64,000 nucleotides of DNA from Barthelona sp. PCE (Eukaryota). The stretch spans positions 496,001 to 560,000 of the forward strand of contig JAUFOR010000003.1 in NCBI GenBank assembly GCA_040285745.1, given 5' to 3'. The translations under genes were made by a program, and so were the position numbers. Each line of letters begins with the position of its first letter. The first letter of the stretch is position 1. The notes under the pieces were generated by a model. The model searched no databases, was not told the origin of the DNA, and saw only the letters and a list, made by a program, of their open reading frames with translations. Shown one piece after another: positions 31,979 through 42,262 of the stretch.

Positions 31979-33031
31979 TTATTCTTCTGCACTTACACGA
32001 ACGACATACTTGCCTGTTGAGTGCTGGCTCTGCATCTGGTGCATAATATCAGGGACATCAGCCATCTCAATCTCTGTAATCTTGAACGAACCTGTCAAAC
32101 GTGCAATGCTGCTTGGTACACCAAGGATGTAAAAGAATTGTTTAGCCAGTTGGCATAGATGCTTGAGATGTCTCTTTGTGTGGGTTAGAGGTGCCTTTGT
32201 TGAGTAAGCAGCAGCACCAAGTCCAACATGACAAATGTTGATACCTCTCACTAACAAATCAAGACCATCATACTTGAACTTGTCCCATAAACCCGGAACG
32301 GGGACATAAAACCCGTTATTCGACACCAGAGAGAGCAAGGCCATGCCTCTGTGACTTTGATTGTCAATAATTGCAATACAGCCATCACCATTCGTAATCT
32401 CCGAAACTCGCTCAACAATATTCTCAGTACGATAATCAATAAAGTGATCAGCACCCAATTCATCAACGCAGTACTCCTTGTTTGCAGTGGAAGCAACAGC
32501 AATAACAGTCCATCCCAATTGCTTTGCTAATAAAATGGAAAATGAACCGACACCACCACTAGCACCATTAATAAGTAAGAAATTGTTCATGTCATCCGGA
32601 TTCGGTTCTGTTCCGCACTTAACTATGCACTGAAGAGCAGTATATCCAGCACATGGAACAGCTGCAGCTTGCTTTGCGGATAAATACTCTGGAACATTAA
32701 TAAGAACATGACTATTGGCGATAGTATACTCTGAGATAGCACCAAAGCTGGATGAAATGTTGATATGCATCACAACAGGCTTGGATACATCAACACAGTT
32801 ACTCTCCAGAATTTCTTCAACTCCTGGACCCTGCTCAACAATCATACCAACGGCATCGCAACCAATAACCTTTCCTGCAGAATCCTCGGACAAAATCTTC
32901 CAGTCCACAGGATTCAATGATGCGTAAAGCACTTTAATCTTGCAAAAACCCTCTTTCAGGTTCAAATCCTCCATAGAGTATGTTTCAATGTACTCTGGCT
33001 TTGCTTCACTGTTGTTAATGACTGCTTTCAT
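31979..33031 (-). CDS. Medium-chain dehydrogenase/reductase (quinone-oxidoreductase-like, NADPH)
   Basis: SLNPVDWK, G.D..G, AAAVPCAGYTA, Rossmann NGASGGVG, LGADHFIDY and C-terminal GKYVV. Confidence 0.9.
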   Translation of the reverse strand: MKAVINNSEAKPEYIETYSMEDLNLKEGFCKIKVLYASLNPVDWKILSEDSAGKVIGCDAVGMIVEQGPGVEEILESNCVDVSKPVVMHINISSSFGAISEYTIANSHVLINVPEYLSAKQAAAVPCAGYTALQCIVKCGTEPNPDDMNNFLLINGASGGVGSFSILLAKQLGWTVIAVASTANKEYCVDELGADHFIDYRTENIVERVSEITNGDGCIAIIDNQSHRGMALLSLVSNNGFYVPVPGLWDKFKYDGLDLLVRGINICHVGLGAAAYSTKAPLTHTKRHLKHLCQLAKQFFYILGVPSSIARLTGSFKITEIEMADVPDIMHQMQSQHSTGKYVVRVSAEE

Positions 33032-33224
33032 GGTGAATAATATAAGAAATACCGATAAGAGTGGAAAAACTTAAAACAATTAAATGATCCAGCACATGAA
33101 TTCCTGTTGTCTGCTCCAATGCTTGAATCATGTCCTATATCACTTTGCCGTGAGCTATCCACAAAATCCATGCAATGTATCACTTAACATGCTTTTAATT
33201 GATGATTGGATTTATTCATATAGA

Positions 33225-33584
33225 TTATTCCATATGGGGAGGCTTCCTCAGCGCAATCTGTGATACTGCGTTACTTAAAGCGGTCAGATCTTGATCGATT
33301 CTGTCGATTGCCTGTGTGACAACGCTATCTGCGCTTTGGTTCCTAAAAGATGACTTACAGATCACCTTCAGAACAATGTGGTCACTTGTGGGATGTGGTT
33401 CCAGATAACTGCTGAATGTGACGTTAGGATCCTTCAATAATTCATCGGTAAGGATATTACCAACAGTGTGGTTCTCGTTGTACAGTTTGATATCAAGGCC
33501 AGACTGACCAGCGGGTAGTGCTTTCTTAGGTATCATCTCTACGGTAACAGGTTTGGGTGCTAAATATGCGTCAACGTTTTCCAT
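33225..33584 (-). CDS. RPB11: RNA polymerase subunit RPB11 (RPB11/AC19 family)
   Basis: ENHTVGNIL..ELLKDPNV.F..Y..PHP motif. Confidence 0.8.
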   Translation of the reverse strand: MENVDAYLAPKPVTVEMIPKKALPAGQSGLDIKLYNENHTVGNILTDELLKDPNVTFSSYLEPHPTSDHIVLKVICKSSFRNQSADSVVTQAIDRIDQDLTALSNAVSQIALRKPPHME

Positions 33585-33834
33585 CTTATATGATTGTGGT
33601 TGTGGTTGTGAAGTTGTGTGTTATGTGTGATTTGGGGGATTTAAGTAGAAAATATAAAAGAACAAGTAAACAAAGATCAAATAATGGATATGTGTTTATC
33701 TTGAGTGATATTAAATGTTTCTGGTTTGTATGTGTGCGTGCTAAACCGTGGTTGCCCGCTGTTGAAAATTCAGAAGTTGAGAAAGAGAGGAATACTCAAT
33801 AACACTTCGTTTTACAGAACTTGTCCCTTATCAT

Positions 33835-34662
33835 ATGTCAAAGTCCGCTCTGAAAAAGTGGATTGACTTTAGTAGACAACGATATGAACGTATCATTAAC
33901 TCTACTATCGATATAAGTGCCAAAAACATTCCTTCACTTGCAAATGATTTAGATACAGTAGAGGAGCTGTCTCGGATCTGGCATCAGAAGATTTTCGGCA
34001 ATTCAGTGCCCAGTAACATTCAACAACATCAACATTTTCAATTTCACACACAACCAATGGGATATCAGCCTCAGCCGATGTCTATCATGGGACCCATGCA
34101 GGGTGGCATGGTATATGTACAGATGCCATCACCTCAAATATCTCATATGGGAATGATGCAACCAGCAATCATCAATCAACCTCAAACTGTCTTTGCACAG
34201 CCCATGAATATGATGACACGCAATAACATACCCCAACAAATGCAGCAACCCAAACAAATGCCTCAGCAAGTGCAGAAACCTCAGCGAGTCCAAAAGCATC
34301 AAGTGGAGGTAGTGTCAACAGTCGAAGAAGTTGAAGACAGCGATGATGATTTTATGAGCGATGATGACCTCGAAGATGTTGAGCTAGAAGGTGCAAATGA
34401 GGTTGTAGATCCAAAGAAAGAAGTTAGTACTGAAGAAGATGTTCTAGTTTTGAGTGAGCACTCGAGTGATGAAGACATGGTTGTTAACTTTGACGAGTAT
34501 GAGACTGTCCCATACCAAATGTGGGCAATGGAAGTGTATGATAAACGATCAAAGAAGGGAAAAGGATGGAGGTTAGTTCAAGATTTAGTTGATGCAACTC
34601 TTAAGACTCCTGACGGCGATATACTGTTGAAAAAGGTACGTTTGATTATGTATGAGAAGTAA
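33835..34662 (+). CDS. Transcription initiation factor IIA large (alpha/beta) subunit-like
   Basis: N-terminal Y..II.........EELSRIWHQKI, Q/M/P-rich middle, acidic block, and C-terminal beta region YDKRSKK..W....L.D..L....DIL..K. Confidence 0.7.
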   Translation: MSKSALKKWIDFSRQRYERIINSTIDISAKNIPSLANDLDTVEELSRIWHQKIFGNSVPSNIQQHQHFQFHTQPMGYQPQPMSIMGPMQGGMVYVQMPSPQISHMGMMQPAIINQPQTVFAQPMNMMTRNNIPQQMQQPKQMPQQVQKPQRVQKHQVEVVSTVEEVEDSDDDFMSDDDLEDVELEGANEVVDPKKEVSTEEDVLVLSEHSSDEDMVVNFDEYETVPYQMWAMEVYDKRSKKGKGWRLVQDLVDATLKTPDGDILLKKVRLIMYEK

Positions 34663-34762
34663 AGGATGTGTGGAATTTTCGTCATTTTGTTGTTCTTTTT
34701 TTTATCGCGCTTTTCACCTGACCAAACAGTCATTTTTCTTGTCACAGATTGGGTCTCCAAAG

Positions 34763-35527
34763 ATGCTGTGTCTGAGGTCTTTCCTTTTTTCTTGCTGTTT
34801 TTTTTTTTTCAGTAGCGATTGCGACAACCATTTCTTCTGGGCACCACAGGGTCACAATTACTGGAAGGCAGCTTCTTGACTTTGAAGGAACAGGAACTGC
34901 CAGAATAGAAACTGGTGATCTTGGTTTAACCTAAGAGCTGTGTTATCAAATGATCAGGTGTATAGGTTCAATATTATCAACTTAGACATTCAGGGTAACA
35001 TGAACTATATGCAATTTATCAACGTCGAATATTGACGGTGATCGTTTTTCGTCTTTTGCAGATGTGAGGCATTTATGCCACAATGGTTATTTCTATTCGA
35101 CACCCGGCGAGCTCCCAAGCATCATTTTCAGAACTTTTCATCTGGTCGCTTTAAAGTCAATTGGGATATTGTGCAGCTGAACAGTACATTTGATGTTGAA
35201 TGTGAGGGAGAGGATCGCATTATCGATGGAAAGTGTTACAAGACTGATGACGTTATTGATGAACCTGAAGGTTTTCTTTTGAGTATTGGTATATTGGATC
35301 AAACCCAATTTTTTTTCATTATTGGTCTCATTTTCGTTATATTGCTCGTCCTGAAAGCCAATATTTCCAGAAGGAGGAAAGGGAAAACCGTCTCACTATC
35401 CAAATTTGAGTTGGAATCTGATTTGGAAAGAAATGATGCATTTCCCACCACAAATTTTAATGAACCAACTTATACACCAACGTATAATACAGAATACAAT
35501 CTTCCTGTTTACATTCCCAGTATTTAA
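34763..35527 (+). pseudogene. Type I membrane protein gene broken by about 4 frameshifts (pseudogene or assembly indels)
   Basis: A signal peptide (MLCLRSFLFLAVFFFSVAIA) and the following ectodomain can be threaded only by changing frame near 34788, 34925, 35028 and 35126. It ends in ORF 35075-35527 with a TM and RRRK. Confidence 0.5.
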
Positions 35528-35594
35528 AAGGACCTACTCAAATAAATCATGTTTTTCGCAATTTTCTTCTCTTTCAACATTTCTCTTCTCAAAA

Positions 35595-36734
35595 ATGGAC
35601 ACGTACGATCTCAGTGTCGTTGTGGTTGAGAACAATATGAACGAAGAAGCAGTTATGCGCAACTGGAAGAGCGGTAAAGATGTTCCCCAGTATACTACGG
35701 CAAATGAAATCTCTAACATCGCAGGACTGCCCATATTGGGCACACCCCAAGGTCTTATTTTGTGTTTTGCAAGCCCCAACTTTGATAGCAACAAATATGT
35801 CAGCTATGCTAAGGCTCTCATCCTCCACCTTGATGTATTGCTCCCGCAGTCCGACTACATCAACTTTATATGTCTGGCATTTAACGAACTCCCACCTGCT
35901 CACCAAACAGTATTTGAGCAGTTTGTTGCTCTTCTTGCCCAATGTGGCAATCTTTCAACATCATCTCTAGCGTCATTGACCTCCCAAATAGACAATGAGA
36001 CGATCCAAAATTCCGTTTCTGAAGCATTAAACACCCCTGCTTTCTCCCTCCCCATTTTTCAAACAACAGATACTCCATTAGATATGTTAACCCCAGAAGA
36101 GTTTGCGCAAATGCTCGCTTATAGGGACCATAAGCTACTGTCTCTTATCAGTGCACACGAACTTGTTTGCGCGCGTTGGACACTTGAGCATTATCAATAT
36201 GACTGTAATGGTGTCAATTTGTGGACAACAGCTCAGATTACGTTGTCACAGTACGTTGCCCGCACCATAAACGAAGACCCAGGCAGATACGCATATTTTT
36301 TGGAGGTCTTGAATCATTTACTTACTCTAAATTGTTTTTCAGGAATTATGTGCATTTTTTTGAAATTAAACTCTAAAGAATTCGCCAATTTGGCTGCCAA
36401 CCACAACTTAGACGCTTTTTCTGAATTATGCAGTGTTGAAGGGAATTGTCGTAACATCAAGGCCGCAACACGAAAATTACTGATAAAAAAGAAGAAAAGG
36501 TTGGGTGGTATCAGCTATGCAAAGCCCAGCGTCCCTATTGTACCTCATGTTTCCCTGATTTTTAGTCAAATAGCACTCACAGAAGATGGTAATATTCTAA
36601 AGATAAAAAAAAATCTATTCAAATACGAAAAAATGCTCATGATTTACAGTCTTATTGAGCAACTTGAGCTGTACAAAGCATGTGACTTCCCATCAATCCC
36701 CCTGTCAATAGAATTTATCCAAGCGCTACTGTAA
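35595..36734 (+). CDS. RasGEF (CDC25-like) domain protein
   Basis: PEEFAQMLAYRD..L..I...EL...W, L..LNCFSG..CI...LNS and P.VP.VSL..S.I...EDGN motifs. Confidence 0.85.
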   Translation: MDTYDLSVVVVENNMNEEAVMRNWKSGKDVPQYTTANEISNIAGLPILGTPQGLILCFASPNFDSNKYVSYAKALILHLDVLLPQSDYINFICLAFNELPPAHQTVFEQFVALLAQCGNLSTSSLASLTSQIDNETIQNSVSEALNTPAFSLPIFQTTDTPLDMLTPEEFAQMLAYRDHKLLSLISAHELVCARWTLEHYQYDCNGVNLWTTAQITLSQYVARTINEDPGRYAYFLEVLNHLLTLNCFSGIMCIFLKLNSKEFANLAANHNLDAFSELCSVEGNCRNIKAATRKLLIKKKKRLGGISYAKPSVPIVPHVSLIFSQIALTEDGNILKIKKNLFKYEKMLMIYSLIEQLELYKACDFPSIPLSIEFIQALL

Positions 36735-36735
36735 A

Positions 36736-37059
36736 CTATGTCCGCTCAACCGGCACACTTCTCTTTGCCTCCCACTTTACCTGACACAGTGGACATGCAG
36801 TCTTATGCCCGTTATCGAGCCAACGTTGAATGCAATGATTATGATAGGCATGACCGCATTCTCCCCACACAACCATGCATGTTGTATTTTCTGATTCAGA
36901 TAGACAGTTGGAGCAAGGTTCCATCAACGGATGCTTACAGACCGGACAGCTCTCATAGCCAACATCATACCTCCAAACGGCTACAGCCGACCAACTCTCA
37001 ATTGTGAAAGGAAGATCTGTGCTTCCTGCTTCGTTTTGCTCGTTTCTGATCTCCTGCAT
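36736..37059 (-). CDS. RBX1: RING-box protein (RBX1/ROC family)
   Basis: WSAVAVW.YD...CPVCK..LM..C..C......C.VVWGECGHAYH.HCI.RWL...CPLC RING-H2. Confidence 0.85.
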   Translation of the reverse strand: MQEIRNEQNEAGSTDLPFTIESWSAVAVWRYDVGYESCPVCKHPLMEPCSNCLSESENTTCMVVWGECGHAYHNHCIQRWLDNGHKTACPLCQVKWEAKRSVPVERT

Positions 37060-37205
37060 CCTTCAAATAAAAGCCCAAATAGTTGAAAAGGTGATATTCG
37101 AACAATCAACTCACTCCAAAAAAAAAATGGATTCTTAAGGAATGTACTGCTTGGGTGAATGCTTACATACAATAAAAACTTGCAAACAAAGCATCTTATA
37201 TCATT

Positions 37206-39473
37206 TTACTTAGTGTTGTTTAAAACAACAGCAGTGGCTAAATTGCTGGTATATGCTGAAAAACTTGCGTCTTCTGTACGCACGATACGCTTGGTACCCG
37301 AAAATACAGAAGAATTCGACGTTCCCTGAGGAGTATCGGCATTGTTCAGAAGACTTTTTAAGAATCTTTCCTGACTGTGCCCAGGATACACGAGGTGCAC
37401 GACGGGTGTTGGCCAACGTTCCGCGAGGATACGATGCACCTCACCATTTGCTTCATCAATCAAAGCAGCAAACCAAGAATAGCCTTCAACGTTTTGATAC
37501 CCTTCCTCGGACCATCTCTTGTACATTTCGTCGTAGTGTACCAACAGAGTGTGGTACGTGTCCAAGAAAAGAATTCTATTAGGACCCATTGATGAAGTGT
37601 CAAGTAGAACAGGCCTTACTCCCTTGTCCGAGTACATCATGAGGAGGGGTTGGAATATTTGGAGAGAATTATACACGTTGCTCCTGTTAAATACATTAGC
37701 TTTAAACACTGTTTCATCTGGAGTTTCGTTAAACTTACTCAACAATACACTCTTCCGAAGGTAAAACAAAAACTGCGAAAGTGCACCCATGTTCAAAGGG
37801 AAGTGGAAAGATGAAGGAGCATTCATCTGATACTGGCCAAATTTGATACCCATGTTAATTAGTGTCTTATCAATCAGTCTCACGAGGCTTTCCTGATCAT
37901 CTGTCTTCTGCTTTTCAACGCACACACGCGCAACAATAACGGCTGCTGCCTCTTGATCGAAAGCATTAATAAAGTTCTGTGTCTGAGCTGTAGCATTGAT
38001 TCCAACTGCTAGCGTCACAACACGACGGACGAAATGACCCAGTGGGTGTGTGTAAGTCATCACAAACTGGATGACTGCGCGGTCAGGGGTGGGGCCCTCC
38101 ACTTCGTTGACGTCAAAAAAGAATGCCAAGGAGTTATTGGCGTCGCACGAACACATCTGCCACATACACGTACCACTCTCACCAATCTCCTTGTGCGACA
38201 CAGACGGACTTTGCACTTTGAGAGAATAACAGTTTCCAATCGCACCACAAAAGCGCACCATTGGAGTAGCACAGGCTTGAAGAGTAACCTGAAACGCTGA
38301 TCCGACTGTTACAGTATCCTCAAGGGGTGCGTCAGCATCACCGTACAACGCACGCGCACCAATGCCCCCAACGGCTGCGAATGTCTTTAAAAACGAAGAT
38401 CTAAAGATATCATCCGAGAACCGATCCGTCATGAAGCAGTAACCCCCAGTCTTACGTACAAGGGTCTCCATCTCGTAGATTCCTGCCTGTCTGACTGATC
38501 CTGCCCAAACGTCCACAGTGATATACTGCTCACAGAACTTCTCGGTCAACTTGGCGAAAAATTTCTTAGATGATTTTGAACCACTAACCAATTCGTTCTC
38601 AAGCGAGTGATGTGTCCTAATAACCTTGGTCTTTTCGAGTTCAGCAAACTTTCCTTCACCATAAGTGATAGGACCGCTGCTGAAGAGCATGACACGACCA
38701 GGCCTCTGATTAGCAACAACCTTAAGAACACGCTGTGCTAGCAACAATGCCGAACCAGTCGCTCTCCTCGGCCTCTGACCGTCCTGTACTGGCCAGGCAG
38801 CTTTGTTAATAGCACGAATAGTTGCCTCAAGAGAGAAGGCGCAATCACCAATAGTCTTAAGGAAGGGAGAATTGTAGCCTGTAAAAAGTTCCTTGAGCTT
38901 TTCATCGTTCGGAACAGCCTCTGCATTGAATGTATAGGAACGTGGGATATCACCCGCTTCCAAATCCCAAATTTGTAGAGTAGTGCTGTAAGACATAATT
39001 CCAATATAAGCGTTCTCTGGAATATACGGGATAGCATCCACCAGTACATCCTTCAGTGCATCGAGTGTTGCTTTGCTTTGGAAAGCATCAACAACAAAGA
39101 AATAAAATGGACTTTCTCGTGCCTCACCAATTTTATATTCTATCGCTACACTATCTTGCATGAATGGGATAGGGTTCTGCATAATGTGTGGCGGTGTCTG
39201 GTTCACGGTACCGCAGATTGCACAGTTCCAAAAGCGCAAATCTTCCTTAGCGACATCACAATATGGATTAGCGTATGCTTGACATTTTGAACAACTTGGG
39301 GGATCCATTTCAACGCACTTAAGATTTTCTATGTGTTTTAGAGGAGTAAACGTGCATGAAAGTGGAACAGGAAGCTGAGCAGCTTGTGTACGAGAACTTG
39401 GGAATGAATTCCATGGAAATCTAAGGCCCGTGAGTGCCTCAACGTTATCAAACGATTCCTGAGGTGTAGACAT
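37206..39473 (-). CDS. SEC23: COPII coat protein SEC23
   Basis: GLRFPWN.FP, zinc finger, RPRRATGSAL, IRTH, QFVMTY.H..G..VRRV.T, FDQEAAAV and FNETPDET. Confidence 0.96.
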   Translation of the reverse strand: MSTPQESFDNVEALTGLRFPWNSFPSSRTQAAQLPVPLSCTFTPLKHIENLKCVEMDPPSCSKCQAYANPYCDVAKEDLRFWNCAICGTVNQTPPHIMQNPIPFMQDSVAIEYKIGEARESPFYFFVVDAFQSKATLDALKDVLVDAIPYIPENAYIGIMSYSTTLQIWDLEAGDIPRSYTFNAEAVPNDEKLKELFTGYNSPFLKTIGDCAFSLEATIRAINKAAWPVQDGQRPRRATGSALLLAQRVLKVVANQRPGRVMLFSSGPITYGEGKFAELEKTKVIRTHHSLENELVSGSKSSKKFFAKLTEKFCEQYITVDVWAGSVRQAGIYEMETLVRKTGGYCFMTDRFSDDIFRSSFLKTFAAVGGIGARALYGDADAPLEDTVTVGSAFQVTLQACATPMVRFCGAIGNCYSLKVQSPSVSHKEIGESGTCMWQMCSCDANNSLAFFFDVNEVEGPTPDRAVIQFVMTYTHPLGHFVRRVVTLAVGINATAQTQNFINAFDQEAAAVIVARVCVEKQKTDDQESLVRLIDKTLINMGIKFGQYQMNAPSSFHFPLNMGALSQFLFYLRKSVLLSKFNETPDETVFKANVFNRSNVYNSLQIFQPLLMMYSDKGVRPVLLDTSSMGPNRILFLDTYHTLLVHYDEMYKRWSEEGYQNVEGYSWFAALIDEANGEVHRILAERWPTPVVHLVYPGHSQERFLKSLLNNADTPQGTSNSSVFSGTKRIVRTEDASFSAYTSNLATAVVLNNTK

Positions 39474-39912
39474 TCACTGAAAAGGATTATAATGTGGAAT
39501 ACACTAATCTGATTCATATTATCAATTGCGTTCATATTAAATACATTTATAAAAAGGAATGCCGTACTATTTGGCAACAATACAGTTAATTATGGTAACT
39601 ACCAACCACAAAAACTCAAAAAAGAGGAAATACTATTGAATACTTTCAACTTTCATTTATTGACTATTCAAATTGTTTATGTGTGTTTTGCACCCATGAT
39701 TATCATTAAAAACATAATTTATTGGTAATATAAGTCTCACAAACCCTTAAATAAAGAGAAGAAGATACAGTGATAAAGAGAGGAACACGTGAATTGACAA
39801 ACATGAAGGGTGTATTTGAAAACTGTGAAGGCTGTTCTCAAAGCTCTACAAAAAAAAACTCCATTTCTCGATTGTATTCCTTAAACCTCCATTTTCAAGA
39901 ATATAGTTACAC

Positions 39913-41310
39913 ATGCCAAGCGGACAAACCAGAAATCGTGAGTTTTTCGCGATTACTGAGGACACAGCCGTTGAAACACGGGTAAATGAACTAATATACT
40001 GCTTCTTACCGTCAAAGAAAGCAGTAGATTCAAGAAACTTCGTCGAGCGGATGCTTGAACAGCATCTACATCGCAAACTGGGCTTTAAACTGTACTTTTA
40101 TGGGTCAACACCACTCAAAACATTTTTACCTTCAGCAGACGTTGATTGCATCATTGCCTCGTCATCTGCGACAAATACGTCCAGTGATGTGCTGAAGGAG
40201 GTGTATAAAACGCTTGAAGCAGCAGCAAAAGATGCTGAATGTCCCATCCGAGTCATGGACGTCCAATTCATTCATGCAACTGTCCCTGTGGTCAAGTGCA
40301 TCGTTAACAACATTTTTTTCGATATCAGTTCGAACCAATTTGCAGGATTGTGGGCTCTAACGTTTTTGGAGCAGGTTGACCGGAGACTGAGTCGTTTCCA
40401 TTTATTTAAGCGAAGCATAGTCTTGTGTAAGGCCTGGTGCCACTACCAAGCACGTATCTTGGGCAGCATGAACGGCATGTTAAGCACATATGCGGTTGAG
40501 ACGATTTTACTTCGACCCTTCATAGATTTGGAATTGAGATCTCCATTCCAGGTTCTCTGCGCATTCATGTCCATCCTGGCTACGTTTAACTGGGATGAGT
40601 ATGCGTATAGTGTTGCGGGCCCGGTCAGAAAAGATGAATTATGCAACATATCACGAGACGTGAATGGAAACCAGCTGTATACAAAACTTCCTTCCAAATT
40701 GAACAGCTTCCTCAAGAAGGGAGAACGACTGGCGCGTGCATCGTCAGGTATTAGGGACCCGGAAGACTATGGCGTTCTTTCTGAGGGAGCGATGGCAGAG
40801 ATAATATATAATTCACACTATGTATACACATCACAGACGCTCATGCCGCAGACGTACTTCACGCCCAGGGAGATGGACATCATTGATCCATTGAATTTCT
40901 GCAATAACCTGGGGAGATCCATCTCCCCATTGCAATCAGCCAGGATAAAGGATGTAGCTACAAGGGACTATCTAATTATACACGATTTATTGAGAGTCAA
41001 GAACGACAAGCAGCGCGTTGATCTGTTTGATCTGTTTTTCCGGGATATGTGGATGAGTGTCACGATCGAACAAGGGACAAAGTCCCGAGAGTGTGATCAT
41101 GAAGATTTAGATGATCTGTTATACAGTGACCAGCGCAACCTCGCCCAAGTGCGACAGTTACTTCTGAACAGAAATGGAAATAACGTTATGATGGGTGTTA
41201 ACGAAAAGACAAGAGTACTTCGACAGAATAACTCAAAGAGGAGGCACATATCGCCAACATTGAGCCCTATCCCCGGGCAGAGGAAGAAGAAAAGGAGAAG
41301 GAGAGATTAA
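39913..41310 (+). CDS. Non-canonical poly(A) polymerase / Pol-beta nucleotidyltransferase (PAP/OAS1 substrate-binding type)
   Basis: YGSTPLKTFLPSADVD, VPVVKC...DIS.NQ, HLFKRSIVL.KAWC.Y..RILG and IIDPL..CNNLGRS. Confidence 0.88.
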   Translation: MPSGQTRNREFFAITEDTAVETRVNELIYCFLPSKKAVDSRNFVERMLEQHLHRKLGFKLYFYGSTPLKTFLPSADVDCIIASSSATNTSSDVLKEVYKTLEAAAKDAECPIRVMDVQFIHATVPVVKCIVNNIFFDISSNQFAGLWALTFLEQVDRRLSRFHLFKRSIVLCKAWCHYQARILGSMNGMLSTYAVETILLRPFIDLELRSPFQVLCAFMSILATFNWDEYAYSVAGPVRKDELCNISRDVNGNQLYTKLPSKLNSFLKKGERLARASSGIRDPEDYGVLSEGAMAEIIYNSHYVYTSQTLMPQTYFTPREMDIIDPLNFCNNLGRSISPLQSARIKDVATRDYLIIHDLLRVKNDKQRVDLFDLFFRDMWMSVTIEQGTKSRECDHEDLDDLLYSDQRNLAQVRQLLLNRNGNNVMMGVNEKTRVLRQNNSKRRHISPTLSPIPGQRKKKRRRRD

Positions 41311-41315
41311 ATAAA

Positions 41316-41954
41316 CTAATAACCATTCAGAAAACCCACCGTTGCTGATTCTTCCATTGCTTTAAGCCTGTTTCTAAGGCGAGTGACCTCTGCTTGTGCA
41401 GCGTCCAACGATTTGAAACCAAGATAACTGCTCAACCCGTTTTGCAAAGATGCATTTTCTTCACGAAGCTCTTCCAAGCGCTTATTCTTTTCTATCAAAC
41501 GATAATGGAACAGGTCTGGCGTCAGGCCCAGTTGACCCAGAATGACTTTAAACCGATTTATCTCGGCTATGATCGTCTGTGTCTCTGTAAAATATCGATC
41601 TCCCTCATCTTTCCATTGATCTGTCTCTTTAATGCTTTCCTTTCTTTCCTCCCCTTCTGTGGCCATGCGTTGCTCAATATCTCCCAGGGAAATGATGATT
41701 TCCCTCAGTTCATCTTCCTTTTGCTCTAAATCAAATATTGTAAGTTCCTTCTTCGACTGCTGGATTCCCATGTTCTGCATAGTGGTAAGTGCGATACTTG
41801 GATCAAACTGTATCATTTCCAGTTCATTTAGTATCTTACTAACGGCGATTAATGCTTCCCTGCAATTACTGTCAATAAACGACATTTCCTCCCTCAATTC
41901 GCTGTAAAACTGAGTATTCAATGAATCGCGACTCCTTATTTTCTTTAAACTCAT
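41316..41954 (-). CDS. HAUS1: HAUS augmin complex subunit 1-like coiled-coil protein
   Basis: C-terminal L...G....L.H..L.......EL......L...L.SY..... A...V...R..L matches HAUS1. Confidence 0.6.
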   Translation of the reverse strand: MSLKKIRSRDSLNTQFYSELREEMSFIDSNCREALIAVSKILNELEMIQFDPSIALTTMQNMGIQQSKKELTIFDLEQKEDELREIIISLGDIEQRMATEGEERKESIKETDQWKDEGDRYFTETQTIIAEINRFKVILGQLGLTPDLFHYRLIEKNKRLEELREENASLQNGLSSYLGFKSLDAAQAEVTRLRNRLKAMEESATVGFLNGY

Positions 41955-42262
41955 AGATAGATAGGATGAAAAAATAGAAACAAATGCGATCAATGAATAT
42001 GTAATATGTTCATTTCTGTGGCCTGCAAAAAGAATATATTGCCTAATTTACGAATGTAAAATCTTCAAAACGATAGGAACACTGCTATTCATCCTTTGTG
42101 GTTTATTAATGATTTTATTCATAAATTTATGGATTTGACTGCAATTAAATGAACTAAAAAACTGTCAAAACACATATTGGATGCCAAATAAACTGTATTT
42201 TCAAATATTTCTTTTTCTCTAGATCTATTTTCTTTTTTCTATTTTTATTGATTAAATCACCA

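Noticed and set aside
34995-35061. GT-AG intron candidate with pyrimidine tract
   Set aside because: It does not match the GTAT...RCTNAYATTTAG pattern of the three supported introns and fixes only one of four frame breaks, so it is kept only as an alternative.
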